DNA from: Ranitomeya imitator
Lineage: Eukaryota
Assembly: GCF_032444005.1 (NCBI RefSeq)
Contig: NC_091286.1
Coordinates: 621,984,001 to 622,048,000 of the forward strand
Reading direction: 5' to 3'
DNA length: 64,000 nucleotides
This document shows positions 46,418 through 60,671 of the stretch, in pieces. Made by a program: the position numbers and the translations under genes. Below the pieces are notes generated by a model. That model made no database searches, had not been told where the DNA came from, and saw only the letters and a list, made by a program, of their open reading frames with translations. The first letter of the stretch is position 1, and each line of letters opens with the position of its first letter.

Positions 46418-46819
46418 TATATAGCCAACTGGAAGCCTGTAACAGTGGATTTGCCTATGTCACCAAGCAGCTCTACAAACTACTTCCATGGACGGGGTGT
46501 GCTTTAGCTATCGTGACGATCAGGTCCTTAGGTCGGCCTGAACTTCACTCTTTACCACAGTACAGGGAGGTGGACTTACACAGGGACCCAGTGTTAAATC
46601 CTCAGATTTGTAGCTGGCTGGTGGAATTGGTTTTCAGGAATTGTCTAGCCACCATTTCAGAAGCAGGAAGGTAGACAACGGACAAAATTGTCCATCAGAA
46701 GAATAATCAGCAAACAGGCTAAAGTCAGAACGACAAACTGGCAAACCTGGGGCAGGACAGCAGGATTAGACCTGAGCTAGAATTAACTGTAACCGGCAAC
46801 TGTCAGTGGTCTTAATGCC

Positions 46820-46932
46820 GAAACGCGTCTGACCATTATTCTACATACCATGATTTTAATTCCTGAAACGCGTCTGACCATTATTCTACATACCATGATT
46901 TTAATTCCTGAAACGCGTCTGACCATTATTCC
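46820..46932 (+). repeat. 45-bp tandem repeat x2.5
   Basis: GAAACGCGTCTGACCATTATT starts at 46820, 46865 and 46910. Confidence 0.9.
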
Positions 46933-49089
46933 ATCAAGATTTTTTAACTTTACGCCTTAACATTTTGAAGATTTAATCCTCTTTCAAAACACTCAATTTT
47001 TTCTTTATGCTAATCCAATTCTGATCAGCATTTAATCAGAGTGGGATACGATTTTCTCAGAGGTGAGAAAAAAAAAAAAAGTTTCTCCACCTTCGCCATT
47101 TTATCAGTCCGTGAAGACTGGACTGTACTCTGATGTCATTCAAGTGTGGTTTGATTTTTTTCACAGACCAATAGACATGAATGGGTGAGTGCCAACCAGT
47201 TCTCTGGGACAAATCGTGCCTGCGGTGATTTGTCTCCTCAGGCCATCCGATCTGAGGAGAAATACAATCTAACATGTGTACAGCCTCATACAATAACATG
47301 GGTACATACCAGTGATAGCCATCAAAACCACGGATAGCACTTGCCCGATTAACACGTGTGGTCTGCACGAAACTTTAGCATGACATTATCACATACCGCC
47401 ATGACTCCCATATATACACGTCACTGCCTCTTCCTCCCGTCTACTAACTGCTCAATCCATATACAGGTATTCCAGGTACCTGATCTACAGGATAAGGGAT
47501 ATCTTCTAGATCGGGACAGGGTCCGGCTGCCGAGACCTCACCGATTGCCAGAACAGGTCACTTTTCTCCTTCATCTGACTGGAGCAGTAGTGCACATGCT
47601 ACATTGCCACTCCATTCATTCCCTATGCTGTACTTAGCTATATCCGGCAGTCCCGTAGATAATGTATGGAGTGGTGATCAAGCATGCGCAGCTCCCCTCC
47701 ATTTAGATATGGGGTCATACCCTCTCCGATCTACAATTTATCACCTATTCCCTGGATAAATACCTTCTTGTAGCCAAAACACCAACACAAAAAAAAAAAA
47801 AATATAAGATGCCCCAATTTTACTTAAGTTCCCTCTAAAGCCACCTATATCAGGGGGATTGTATACTCCATACTGTAAATGAATGGGCAGTGTAGTATTC
47901 CAAGTATCCATCCCCGATACAAAGAATTTCAGACCAGTGTGAAATGTGAGCAGTGTCTAGAAATTCTTATCATTCCTGGCATTAAACCTCTCCAATTGCA
48001 CGCCTATTACTAGGGTTATCTGGGGTAATCTAGCATTTGAAGATGGACTCCCGAAAACACCATACTTTACCTTTTTTTTTTCCATGAGAAAAATGTGACA
48101 TGCAACAGGTTTTCTCTTCTAGAAACAATGGACTCATGAGGCTGAACCGCAAGGACTCCAAATACAAAGAATGGGGCAATACCGCATGGACATAGGAGCC
48201 TTTAATCAGGTTGCTGGAGTAATGTGATAAATGTGTCCTCCTAGCTCTAATAAATAGAGCACAAAAGGGAAAACAAAAAAGCATCAAAAACATTTTTCAT
48301 TTTTGCCTTTCTGCAAATAGTTTTCCCTTTCTTACCTTTATTTTTCTTTTTTTGTGATCCAAATTCAGCAAAAAGTGATTTGAGGTTTTTTTTTTTTTTT
48401 TTTTAACCCTGCTGTTCTGTTCGGTCTGGGGAGACCTATTTTGAACTTTGGTATTTTTTGGGGTGTTCAAGATGCGGTTCTGAAACTTGTGGTTGATTGA
48501 CTTAAATGAGGATGGGTCGGTCGGCCACGGGTTTCAGAGCCGCATCTTGAATATTTTAAAGAATATTGAAGTTCAAAGTCGGTCATTTTTGACCAACAGA
48601 ACAGCAGGGTTAATATATACTGTTCGCAATACTCACTAGATAACTCATACATTTAATTTGTTATCTACATGACCTAATAAGTAAGTTTTTTCTCTCTTGT
48701 TCACTTTTAATGTTTATCCAATTAAATGATTTTTGATAAAAAAAAAAAAAAGGTTGTTGGGGGTGTAATTACCTTTTTTATACCGTAATTTATGGTTAGA
48801 TAGCAAAGGGCAGTCACATTACATATTGATTTGATTAAGATTTCTATTTTCTTCTTTCACTTTGCATTTTGTTACTGGACAGAAATTATAGTATATTTAT
48901 ATTTTTTATTTTTGGAAGCATTCTTACTTTGCGGCAGCTTTTCCATGCTTGGCCCTAAAACCTTACAGGGGAGGTCCGGAAGCCAAATTAATTTTCCTCT
49001 TAAATCCTTATCTATTTGATGCCATGAATTACACTATTTTTTAATATACTGGAATTAAAAATTCCTTAACTACTATTATGAACCAGCTA

Positions 49090-49138
49090 GGTCAGGACAT
49101 CCCCGGCCGGTCAGGACATCCCCGGCCGGTCAGGACAT
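49090..49138 (+). repeat. 19-bp tandem repeat GGTCAGGACATCCCCGGCC x2.6
   Basis: Read directly from the sequence. Confidence 0.85.
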
Positions 49139-51118
49139 GGTCGTCTGACGGCGGACAGCAAAAGACGAATGTGTGAAACTGGCCTAAGAGCTACGTCAAC
49201 AGTTTAGCATTAATGTTCATGTCACACAAGTGGACAATTCCACCCTCCAGCGTATAATATCACTGTCATAATGGAGGACAAACATTACAGGAACATCTTG
49301 AAAGGTTTTCTGGGGATTTCTAGTCAGTCACTTAACATTGAGGAATGGAAAACGATTTTCGTTGCCTATAGCAACCAATCATAGCGCTACCAAAATGAAA
49401 GCCGAGGAGTGATTGGCTCATATCAACCATTCAGCACAGTCACAGGGCAATTGGGATGTCAATAAACTGTACAGTCTGCTTAGTGCTGTGCCCACCCCTA
49501 TGACTGGGGTGTAGTGGTCTATGTACAAACAGGAAGTCTCTGGTCCCTGCATTTATCATTCCTTTCCTCAGCTCCTGACCCAGCTGTTTCCCCCTCCCCC
49601 TGTCAGGGACCTTTTTCAGTGACTCATGAGTAATACAGGGAAAATTGACCTCCTGTTTCGACAGAGCTTAGAAGGATTCAGCTAGTCAGTTATTAAAAAC
49701 ACACACAGAACAAAGTCCTTTATTTGACCAAAACACCCCCCGACCCTCTTTTACCCATTTATTAAGATCCAAATAAAATAAAGTAATCCTCACCTGTCCA
49801 CAAATAATCCATACTGATGGTGTCCCATGACAATCCCCAGTTCTGCTACATCCGGATTTTGTGCTGACCGGTTGCACGAGTATGCGAACGCTCAGCACGC
49901 CAGCCAGGACTCACTGACCGTAGCGTGAGGATGTGCCTGCAGTGACGAGCGGTGATGTCAATAAGGTGACCGGAGTTCATCGGCTGTGAACTGCGGTAAC
50001 CTTACTGATGTCACTGCTCATAATGTGAGAAATTTCTGGGGATAGTCGTGGGACATAATCAGAGTGGATTACCTGCGGACAGGTGAGGATTACTTTGGTT
50101 TTTTTCCATGTTATTTGGATCTTAATTAATGGATAATAGAAGGTCAGAGAGTGTTTTGTTGAAATTAAGGACTTTGCACTGAGTGTGTTTTTTAAAATAA
50201 CATACTAGGTTAGTAAAGGGGGTGTCTTGTTGACGTGTCTTCATAACTAAACCCCTGGGGCCGATGTCAGCGCACATCAAACAGCTGACATCAACCCCAA
50301 TTCTATTCTGACGGTTCACGCTGTGAAATTACTGTACATGGCTGATGACATGTCACGTTTCCTATGAGATGGGTGAGTAAAAATCAGATGCTGTTTGCAT
50401 GGGCCGTGTGCCATGTACTGTAATTTTTTTTTCGCATCCATTGACTTGCATTGGCAAGCCTCGTCCAACATATGCCGTCACTCGCAGTATGCTGAGATTT
50501 GTTTCTCACTCCAATCTGAGCTGCGAAAAAAAAAAAAAAAAAAAATATTGCAGAATCATTCAACAACATCAGTCAGAGTTCAATCAGAATTTTTAACAGA
50601 TTGCACTGGTCCGATTTAAACACAGCAGAGTATGAGCCCATATAGGGAAAAATACTGATGCCTAGGAGGTCATTGACTGACATTCAGTTTGACTGACATT
50701 CAGTTTGCCTTCTAGTACAGCAGCTCAATATCAGCCTGCAGCGCCACTGTGGATGCATGGTACATGGGCCATCCTTGTACCCGAGACTTGATCCCTGTAG
50801 GTCAATAAACTCCTGAGCACACGCATCTCCTCTCTGATGGTTGTCCATGTCTGTGCTGATTATCGAACAGATCACATAATGCCACCTTAACCCAACTGTG
50901 CAATTAAAAGCCTCATATCGCAATGGCCAGACAAAATAAGATGAGTTTTCCCCATAACACAGTTATGATTTTTATAAGGGAACCCGTCAGCGGTATTGTG
51001 CCCAGTAACCTACAGACAGTGTCAGGTCGGTGCCGTTATACTGGTTACAAGGATACCTGGTGATGAAATCCGTCTTGTGGTTGTTGTTTAATCTCTATTT
51101 GTAGTTTTCAGTTAATGA

Positions 51119-51357
51119 NNNNNNNNNNNNNNNNNNNNNNNNNNNNNNNNNNNNNNNNNNNNNNNNNNNNNNNNNNNNNNNNNNNNNNNNNNNNNNNNNN
51201 NNNNNNNNNNNNNNNNNNNNNNNNNNNNNNNNNNNNNNNNNNNNNNNNNNNNNNNNNNNNNNNNNNNNNNNNNNNNNNNNNNNNNNNNNNNNNNNNNNNN
51301 NNNNNNNNNNNNNNNNNNNNNNNNNNNNNNNNNNNNNNNNNNNNNNNNNNNNNNNNN
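51119..51357. other. Assembly gap (239 N)
   Basis: Run of N. Confidence 1.
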
Positions 51358-52334
51358 TCCGATGAGATAGAGATAGAGATATTCCCCTTAAGCAGCCAAT
51401 CAGGTCGGTCTTATGGACATGGTTTTGGGCCTCTCCATCCCTCCCTCCGGCTGCTGCTCGACGTCCACCTCCTTTAAATTGACGTGTTATCCACATTGCC
51501 AGGCGATATCATGCTTCGGCACACAGAAATCACGGATCGCGCCTGCGTGCTATGCTTTTTATTACTTCACCCTACTTGATTTCCATACAGCGCGGGAGAC
51601 CTTAAAGGATTTTTGTGGGGATCCAGGGTAAGTCGGGGTTATATAAGCATTTATCAAATGCGTCACAGGTGCTGAATAAAGTCACAGTTTTAGTTATGAC
51701 AAAACTAATGACAGTCCTATCTTCAAATTCAACACAAAATGCCACTTTTACTTACTGCTGCAGTTTCCGAATTATTCAACATCTTCATAACAAACGTCTT
51801 TAGTATAGTAGAGCCCTTATGGCTGTTGTGACCTGCTGCAAATGTGTTGCACAGTCAGACACCAGCTTCAGCAAGGTTACATAAGAATCTTATCCCAGTC
51901 CTCATGGGCAATGGCCTCCAGTTCACTAACTTCTTTGGATATCAAGAGAGTGGCTCAAAAAGTTCATGGTCTTGCACAAAAATAAAAAAAAATAAAAAAT
52001 GATATATAAACATCGAATGGTTCCTAGAAAAACAGTTGGAAGCAGGTTTCACAGGTTCTAAGTGAAATGAACACAGGTGACACTACCTGGATGCGACACA
52101 AAGATGAAGAAATAACTTGCTGCTACCAGATTCCTGAGGAGGCAGGTGACTCAAGTGAACACTGAAACTTCAGTATAGTAATACGTATACTAAATAATGA
52201 AGATGTCCCCTGTACTGACCTAAATGCACAAGAAAAGCGATCTCCAATAAGATGAAAATCATATAAATGAACACAAGAGTTTGGGGGATTTGTTCTCTAG
52301 AGGAATAAGGCTACTTTCACACTGGCGTTTTTTT

Positions 52335-53456
52335 AATAGACTGGACCACGGTGAGTCATTGGACGTGGTATATCTCGATTTTTCCAAAGCGTTTGATACC
52401 GTGCCGCACAAGAGGTTGGTACACAAAATGAGAATGCTTGGTCTGGGGGAAAATGTGTGTAAATGGGTTAGTAACTGGCTTAGTGATAGAAAGCAGAGGG
52501 TGGTTATAAATGGTATAGTCTCTAACTGGGTCGCTGTGACCAGTGGGGTACCGCAGGGGTCAGTATTGGGACCTGTTCTCTTCAACATATTCATTAATGA
52601 TCTGGTAGAAGGTTTACACAGTAAAATATCGATATTTGCAGATGATACAAAACTATGTAAAGCAGTTAATACAAGAGAAGATAGTATTCTGCTACAGATG
52701 GATCTGGATAAGTTGGAAACTTGGGCTGAAAGGTGGCAGATGAGGTTTAACAATGATAAATGTAAGGTTATACACATGGGAAGAGGGAATCAATATCACC
52801 ATTACACACTGAACGGGAAACCACTGGGTAAATCTGACAGGGAGAAGGACTTGGGGATCCTAGTTAATGATAAACTTACCTGGAGCAGCCAGTGCCAGGC
52901 AGCAGCTGCCAAGGCAAACAGGATCATGGGGTGCATTAAAAGAGGTCTGGATACACATGATGAGAGCATTATACTGCCTCTGTACAAATCCCTAGTTAGA
53001 CCGCACATGGAGTACTGTGTCCAGTTTTGGGCACCGGTGCTCAGGAAGGATATAATGGAACTAGAGAGAGTACAAAGGAGGGCAACAAAATTAATAAAGG
53101 GGATGGGAGAACTACAATACCCAGATAGATTAGCGAAATTAGGATTATTTAGTCTAGAAAAAAGACGACTGAGGGGCGATCTAATAACCATGTATAAGTA
53201 TATAAGGGGACAATACAAATATCTCGCTGAGGATCTGTTTATACCAAGGAAGGTGACGGGCACAAGGGGGCATTCTTTGCGTCTGGAGGAGAGAAGGTTT
53301 TTCCACCAACATAGAAGAGGATTCTTTACTGTTAGGGCAGTGAGAATCTGGAATTGCTTGCCTGAGGAGGTGGTGATGGCGAACTCAGTCGAGGGGTTCA
53401 AGAGAGGCCTGGATGTCTTCCTGGAGCAGAACAATATTGTATCATACAATTATTAG
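52335..53456 (+). pseudogene. CR1 ORF2 C-terminal half (RT), no start codon
   Basis: YLDFSKAFDTVPH, SGVPQGSVLGPVLF, FADD, EKDLG, RPHMEYCVQFW, LERVQRRATK, RRLRGDL. Confidence 0.9.
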
Positions 53457-53575
53457 GTTCTGTAGATGGACGTAGATCTGGGTATTTATTATGATGGAAT
53501 ATAGGCTGAACTGGATGGACAAATGTCTTTTTTCGGCCTTACTAACTATGTTACTATGTTACTATGTTACTATGT
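52335..53575 (+). mobile_element. 5'-truncated CR1 LINE
   Basis: Open RT frame, short 3' UTR and a (CTATGTTA)n tail at about 53545-53575; no TSD. Confidence 0.93.
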
Positions 53576-53922
53576 CGCAATGCATCGTTAGGTAAAAAAA
53601 ACGCATCCTGCAAAGTTGTTTGCAGGATGCGTTTTTGCTCCATAAAGCAACATTACCGACGCATTGCGACGTATTGACACAGGTCGCAACCATCGTGCGA
53701 CGGTTGCGCCGTGTTGTGGCGGACCGCCGGGAGCAAAAAACGTTAAATGTAACGTTTTTTTGCTCCAGATGGACCGCTTTTTCCGACCGCGCATGCGCGG
53801 CCGGAACTCCTCCCCCACCTCACAATGGGGCAGCGGATGCGCCGGAGAATGCATCCGCTGCACCCGTTGTGAGGCGCTAACAACGCTATCGTCGGAATCC
53901 GACGCTAGTGTGAAAGTAGCCT

Positions 53923-56470
53923 TAAGCAAAACTGGAACTTTTCAGGCCGGATTCAGCAGTATGCCTGGAGGAAGAAGAATGAAGCATATGCTGAAAAGAA
54001 CATCCAGCCTACAGTGAAGCATGGAGGTGGCTCCGTGAAGCATACAGAAAAGCATGGTGATGGTTCATAGAGGTTTTGGAGCTGCTTGGATTCCTTTGGC
54101 ACTGGAAATGTGCAGTGTGTGGAAGGCGAGATAGATCCAATAAATATAAATCAAAAATACTAATGGAAAACATAAAAAAGCTGAAGGTTGGGCATCATTG
54201 AATGTTGCAATACAACAATGATTCCTAGCATATCACAAAGTACACCAAGGCTTGGCATTAGGGCTCATACCCATAGGTGTGAAAACAAAGTTCCAATATC
54301 AGGACCGAACAAACGGACGAGTGTAATGCTAGTACAATCCGATTTTCACACTTAGCATCTGAGTTACATCAGACTGCAATGCGATTTTAACATGAGCTTT
54401 AACATGGAGCAATTCTCTATGTCATTTACAAAGAAAATATTCTTCAAAAGACAGAATAAAAGCCGGTAATTCGTGTGCCGCGTACAGTAAAAATCACAGC
54501 AAAATTTTCCCATGGCGCTTGACCCGACGTCAGTAAGGTGAAGTGATTTCATTGGCTGTGAATTCCCAGGACCTGTCTGACAGCACCGCGAGCAGGAGAA
54601 CTTTTACGCCAGTGGTGACATCAGATAGGTAATAGGGGTTCACAGGGAGACACTGAGCACACGCTGCTCAATGTCTCTGCTGGATGACAGGCTGTATGGT
54701 TGCATCATGCAACCTGCCATCTAGATGTATAAGCGCCAAACCTGTCGTGGGACAAATAGATTATCATCTCTTCAGAAAGGTGGAATGGGTTAAGTCATAA
54801 AAGTTTGGATTAATTAAGATTTATTAAAGGAGTCTGTCATTCTTTCAATTAAAATGACTTTTTCCTGGGTGGGTGTGTTTTTATATGTTATGACTATGGG
54901 GTTAGTAATGACGCCTCTCCAATACTAACGTCAGGGCTTGATGTCACCTGACAATACAAAGGTGACATCAACCCCCACAACTATCACCCCACTTGCCACC
55001 GCTACAGAGCAAGTGGGAAGAGAGAGTCTATGTGCCAGAATTGCCGCATCTTAGAGATGCGCCTTTTCTGGGGTGGCTGAGAGCTGATGTTTTTAGCCGG
55101 GGGGGGGGGGGGGTGGAAATAGTATCCATGGCCCTGTCCTAGGCTATTAAATATCAGCCCACAGCTGTCTGCATAGCCTTTGCTGGTTAATTATAGGGGA
55201 ACCTTACGTAATTTTTTTTTTTTTTTTTAGGGTCATCCATTTTAATAACCAGTATGAGCTAAGTATACGGTTGTGAGCTGATATTAATAGCCTGGGAAGC
55301 TCCATGGATATTACCACCTTCATGTGCTATAGACATCTGCCCCCAGCTTTCTGCTTTCCCTCTGCTGGTTAAGACAATTATGCAGAAGCCCACGCCATTT
55401 TTTTTTCTTCAGAAAAATAATCTTTTATTAATTAAATACGTGTACAGTAAGCTGCACACACACACTGCACTAATTGTATGTCACAGTTATCTGTATATCT
55501 ACTTATTCTATGTGTATTTTCTGTGTGTAATCCATCTATTCTAGCCTGTCGGCTCCTGCTGTGATTTTGCAGTATGTGGTTTCTGAATTGCCGGCTTTCC
55601 TCCTAACTATCCATGTAATATATTTACTAGTGATAAGTGAGTATACTCGTTGCTTGGGTTTTCCCCAAGCACGCTCGGGTGACTTCCGAGTATTTATGAC
55701 TGCTCGGAGATTTAGTTTTCATCGCGGCAGCTGAATGATTTACAGCTACTAGCCAGGCTGAGTACATGTGGGAATTCCCTAGCAACCAGGCAACCCCCAC
55801 ATGTACTCAGCCTGGCTAGTAGCTGTAAATCATTCAGCTGCCGCGATGAAAACTAAATCTCCGAACAGTCAAATACTCGGAGGTCACCCGAGCGTGCTCG
55901 AGAAAATCCGAGCAAGGAGTACACTCGCTCATCACTAATATTTACATATATAGATGTCAGTGACACACACATATGTGTATATATCTATTCTATCCATTCT
56001 ATTCTAACCTCTCACGCTGTGATTTTACTGTACCGGCAGATGAATTGCCGACTTTTCAAAGGACACCAGTGCATAAAAAAATCGGACAGAACTCAGGATG
56101 GTCCAAGTGCTGAGCGATTTTTTTTTTTCTCGTACCCATAGGCTTTCATTGATGAGTCTCGTCCGAGATAAGCAGCATGCTGCAATTTTTTTCTGTCTGA
56201 CTTTAGCTGAGAAAAAATAAAATAAATAAATAATGCAGATGAGATGATAACATTGGTTAGTATGGCTTCAAGCAGGCAGTTGCATACAAACCCAAGAATA
56301 TTAGCGACATGGAAGCCATTGCCTATGAGGAATGGGATAGGAATCCTCAGGAACACTGCCAGAAGCTGGTGTCTGGTTATACATTTTTGCAGCAGGTCAT
56401 AACAGCCAGAGGGGTTCTATTAAGCACTAAAGACGATTGTCATGAAGGAAATGAATAATTCTTAGATTGC
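53923..56470 (+). pseudogene. Heavily decayed Tc1 transposase in two pieces (about 53923-54255 and 56262-56470) split by a non-autonomous insertion
   Basis: [24 protein letters not shown] in the first piece; KPKNISDMEAIAYEEW...CQKLVSGY in the second. Confidence 0.7.
55628..55937. mobile_element. hAT-type palindromic MITE
   Basis: TAGTGATAAGTGAG...CTCGCTCATCACTA; perfect 8-bp TSD ATATTTAC; perfect inner arms of about 67 bp. Confidence 0.92.
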
Positions 56471-58744
56471 AGTAATCAGTAAAGGTTGCACTTTGTGATT
56501 AATTTGGAGACATCACTTCCTATTTTAGCTGTTGAGTTATTTAAATTTGGTTTTTTTTGTTTTTTTAAAACAGCAACAACTTTAGAAATTTTGCTAAAAA
56601 ACCTAATTAAAATTTAGTTTATTACTACTGGGAGCCGCCGGCTTTAATCATAGAGGTGGGCCCACACGGCTATAGTCACCACTCACAGCACTGGAAGCAG
56701 CGGCTTTAAGCACACCCTGGCACTTTGGCTTACAGCCGTCAGCTTCCTGGAGGAATAAAGGTAACTTTCTCCCTGGAGCCGCACTACTAACCTGAATGTT
56801 ATCCCTATATTTGAAGGTTAATAGGATTATCTGACGTGACTGGCTCCCTTTACACAGGTCAAACCTTCTGACACTTAAAAAGTTTTATGAAAGTGCAGTT
56901 ATTCTTTAAAGGAATTCTTAGCTCATAACTGGTGCAATTGTGCCAGGGCATATGGGACAGTGAGTATTGCAACGATTCCCTTTTTGGTACCCTCTGGTGT
57001 AGTTTGCATGCAGGCTTGGACTGTCCCACAGGGGAACAGAAGAATCCTCCGGTGGGCTCCTGTGCAGGAGTGGGCCACCACCCACTTATACGAGCAGTAC
57101 GTGGCACAGTATACTGGATTCACGATATATAGGCAAAGGCAACATCTTATTAATTTAACAATCAAACCATGTTATTGCAATGGAATTTTGTGAATGAGAT
57201 AGTCATAACTGCATGGAGCTGAAAAGTGGGGCCTTGGAGTTGATGGTACTGGTGGGCCATTGGCACCCCAGTCTGATACTGTTTGCATGCCTGTGTCATG
57301 CACCGTCTTCTCCGATCCTACACACCAGCCATAAATCAATGTATCAGTTTTGACTGTAGTTTTCTGTTATCTTTAATGTATTGATTTTCCCCCTACTTTT
57401 ATTATATGCAAAAGGCAACGTTTTCTTTCCATGGAACAATTATCTTTTATTGCCCCTCATGAGATAGTCCTTCCAATGATCATTGCACGAACACTAGAAT
57501 TGCTAATAATAAAGAATGATTAAAGTTTCCATAAAGAAAGAGACTGGAATGTTCTCAATGATCAGAACTAATCAATCAGTTGCAGCACGTGGAGAACATC
57601 TAAATTTAGGGAGGTTTGTCCAGTCCTAAGAAGACGTACTGTTGAGAAGTTGAAGGAAGGGCTCACGATATTTTCCTAATGAAACGGATTGGTTCTGGTC
57701 ACATTGTCTTTACAAAGCTCCACGGGGGTCTGAGCAGGAAGAGTGAAGCATACAAGACTCTTATTTTTATTTTTCATAATGAAATGAAATCAGACTGGAA
57801 TCCCGATGGATCTCATAAACCAACCTGGACTGTAGGTCATCATATGCGTTTCATCACAGCGCCATACCTTTCATAATAATTCAAAGCCATAATGTTAATA
57901 TGGACAGAGCTTATTTATATATTAATTAACTCCTAAACAGGCAACTACTGTGATTTTTAATGGAGAAATGGTGCCACTCCCGACCGTGGGTAGTGGTGTG
58001 TGGTATTTGCAGTTTAGTTATATTGACTTTAATGGGGCTGAGTTGTAATACCAGACACAACCCACGGTCAGGGGTGGTGCTGTTTCCAAAACAAAACAGA
58101 CATGTTTTTCTAATCCTGGACAACCCCGTTAATCTGAGGTTTTTGACAACTTCACACAGAATCGTGTAGGTACATGCCGCCTGACTGTCAGTGAGCCTGA
58201 GGCTCCGGAGAAAAGGTGGACTACGGTATTTCTTCTACCTTTCCTCCCATTGCTAGAAGGAGGAGAAGATGATAAAGTATGCAGCTGTAATGTTACAGAA
58301 AGGAATATTCTGAGCACATGAGGGGCACAGTAAAAATAAAAAGTGAAAAAAATCAATGAGTTAAAAAAACAAAAGAAAAAAAAAAACCCCACTAGAATTA
58401 CTACTACCACCAATAATTCTATAAAGTAATTAATACAACACCATGTTTCATCATCTTTGTATTATGCCTAACTATATAAACCTTAAAGGGCTATCCAGTA
58501 CAGTGAGACTGGGAGGGGCCCCAGCGCCGACATCGTGCCCCCCGCCCCTTAATAGCAACAGTTCAACTGTATCGGCGCCTGACGTTTCAGTGCAGCGGGC
58601 ACCATGATGTCACTACATGGCACCCGTTGTGCTGAGATGTCCAACGCTTAAGAACGCTCGCTGTTGAGACCGGAAGAGCAGGGGAACAAGGAGGAAAGTA
58701 TTGATTTTTTTTTTTCTTAATTTTAATCAGTGAGAATATTGTTA

Positions 58745-59000
58745 TGGCCAGAATACTGTACGGAGGACTATGGGGAGTGTATTATACTGTATGGAGGACT
58801 ATGGGGAGTGCAGTATACTATGTTTAGGACTATGGGGAGTGCAGTATGCTATATAGGGAACTATGAGGAGTGCATTATACTGTATGGAGGACTATGGGGA
58901 GTGAATTATACTATGTTTAGGACTATGGGGAGTGCAGTATTCTATATGGAGGACTATGAGGGGTGCAGCATTCTATTTGGAGGACTGAGTGCATTTATAC
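58745..59000 (+). repeat. Degenerate ~31-bp tandem repeat GGAGGACTATGGGGAGTGCATTATACTGTAT
   Basis: About 8 diverged units. Confidence 0.8.
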
Positions 59001-60671
59001 TACATGGAAGGGTATGTATTGGCTGTTATAATATTTGGAGGGCTATGCGGGAGCCTTTATACTGTATGCATGGAATTCTACAGTTTGAAGGTTTGGGTGG
59101 GGCCCATCATACTGTGTAGAGTACATTATACAGTGTTGGGCCATTATACTGTTTATAGGCCCAATAAAATGCATGGAGGGCTGTGTGGGGGAATCACATT
59201 GTGTTGGGGTTACTATACTTTTAGAGGGAAGTTACAAGGTGGGGTACAGTAGGGTCATTGTACTGTGCGTGTTTGGGGTGCACTTTTGTTGACAAAATAC
59301 TTTGTGAGTGCGATGAAAGGGGGATCTAGGTCTGCAGTAGGAGGAAAATTATTACGTAACGACTGCAAAGTTGTGAGATATGCTCTCCTGTGACCCCACC
59401 GAATATTAGTCATTATTTTTTCTTTTTTTTTTTTTTTTTTTTGGGGGGGGGGGGGGAGGAGGGTCCCAATTAGAAGTTCTGCTATGGAGCCCCATGATTT
59501 CTATGTATACCCCTGGTTATCAAATGTCCATTGGATGGGTGATAGTATACTGATCAGCGGGGGTCCATCCGCTGAGTCCTGCACCAATGGGTAGAACAGA
59601 TAATTTATATCCCCGTTACAAGATGGTGCAGCAAGTCTGATGCCCAACCACCACTCCATTCATAATCTATGGGACTGTCAAAAAAAGCAGAGTGCAACGC
59701 TCAGCACCCCCATGGGGATGAATGGAGCAGTGGTCGAGCATGTGCACTGCTGCTCTATTCTTACGGGAATTAAAGCTCCACATTTTGCTGATAGGTGATG
59801 ACTTTTCACAAAACACCCCCTCACCATGAGGTGAAATTAAACTAAGCCACTATTTTAGGGATAATGCATAATGATAGTTCTTCCAATTGGAAAATGTAAT
59901 TTTCCTACTATTATGTTCAATGTGGGGCTAGGTGAGAGGACCGTGTGTTCTCAGAGAGTCGGTTGATTATGCTAATCAAACTCTAATCCGCCTCTGATCA
60001 GAGTAGGATCAGAGTGTGGGCATAGGGTCCTCCGATTCTCTTGGACGAGGAGAAGATGGAGAAAAAAAACAAAAAACAAAAGTTTCCATCTTTTCCATTC
60101 TGTCAGTCTGTAAAAATTGGACTGCACTCAGATGTTATCTGAGTGTGGCTCAATGGTTTCCATGCACTCATTGAGTTTCATGGGCGAGTGTGATCCACAT
60201 ATCAGCTCAAACTCAGGCATGGAGAGGAAAAATATGAGATGTGCAAAAGCCTCATAAACTAACATTGGTCTGGGTGCAATCCGATGTTTTGTCAGATCGC
60301 ACTTGGACTGAAAATACTGTCATGTGCACGAGTCCTAACCCTAATATTTCTAAAATAACTAATTTACTGCAGCATTTTAGAGATAGAAAAAAACAAATCT
60401 CTATTTCTCTTGGCAACAAATCAACTCACAAAAACAAAACAAGAAGTACACATACTAATTATAGGAAAACTTTATCTCCTGATTAAAATGGAAATTGCCT
60501 CCAGGAAGTGAGTGGTTAACCCAAACAATAAACACAACAAGGCGTACCGGGTCCTATTGTTGTGTGGTCACATCAGCACATTAAAGGCCACACTTGGAAA
60601 ACAAGCTCCACCAAAAAATGGATGCCAAATAGTGGAGTGTTGGGGTTACGAGTGGTGCTTCTGTGGCCGGT

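Larger units (their letters stand above)
52309..53921. mobile_element. Harbinger-type MITE interrupted by CR1
   Basis: TIRs GGCTACTTTCACACTGGCGT and ACGCTAGTGTGAAAGTAGCC; TAA/TTA flanks. Confidence 0.85.

Noticed and set aside
51095-51496. ORFs of 120-133 aa
   Set aside because: Open only because of the N gap.
52259-53449. Antisense ORFs of 172 and 215 aa
   Set aside because: Shadows of the CR1 RT frame.
56859-58413. Short ORFs in unique-looking sequence as host exons
   Set aside because: No recognisable domain or consistent splice-site pairs.
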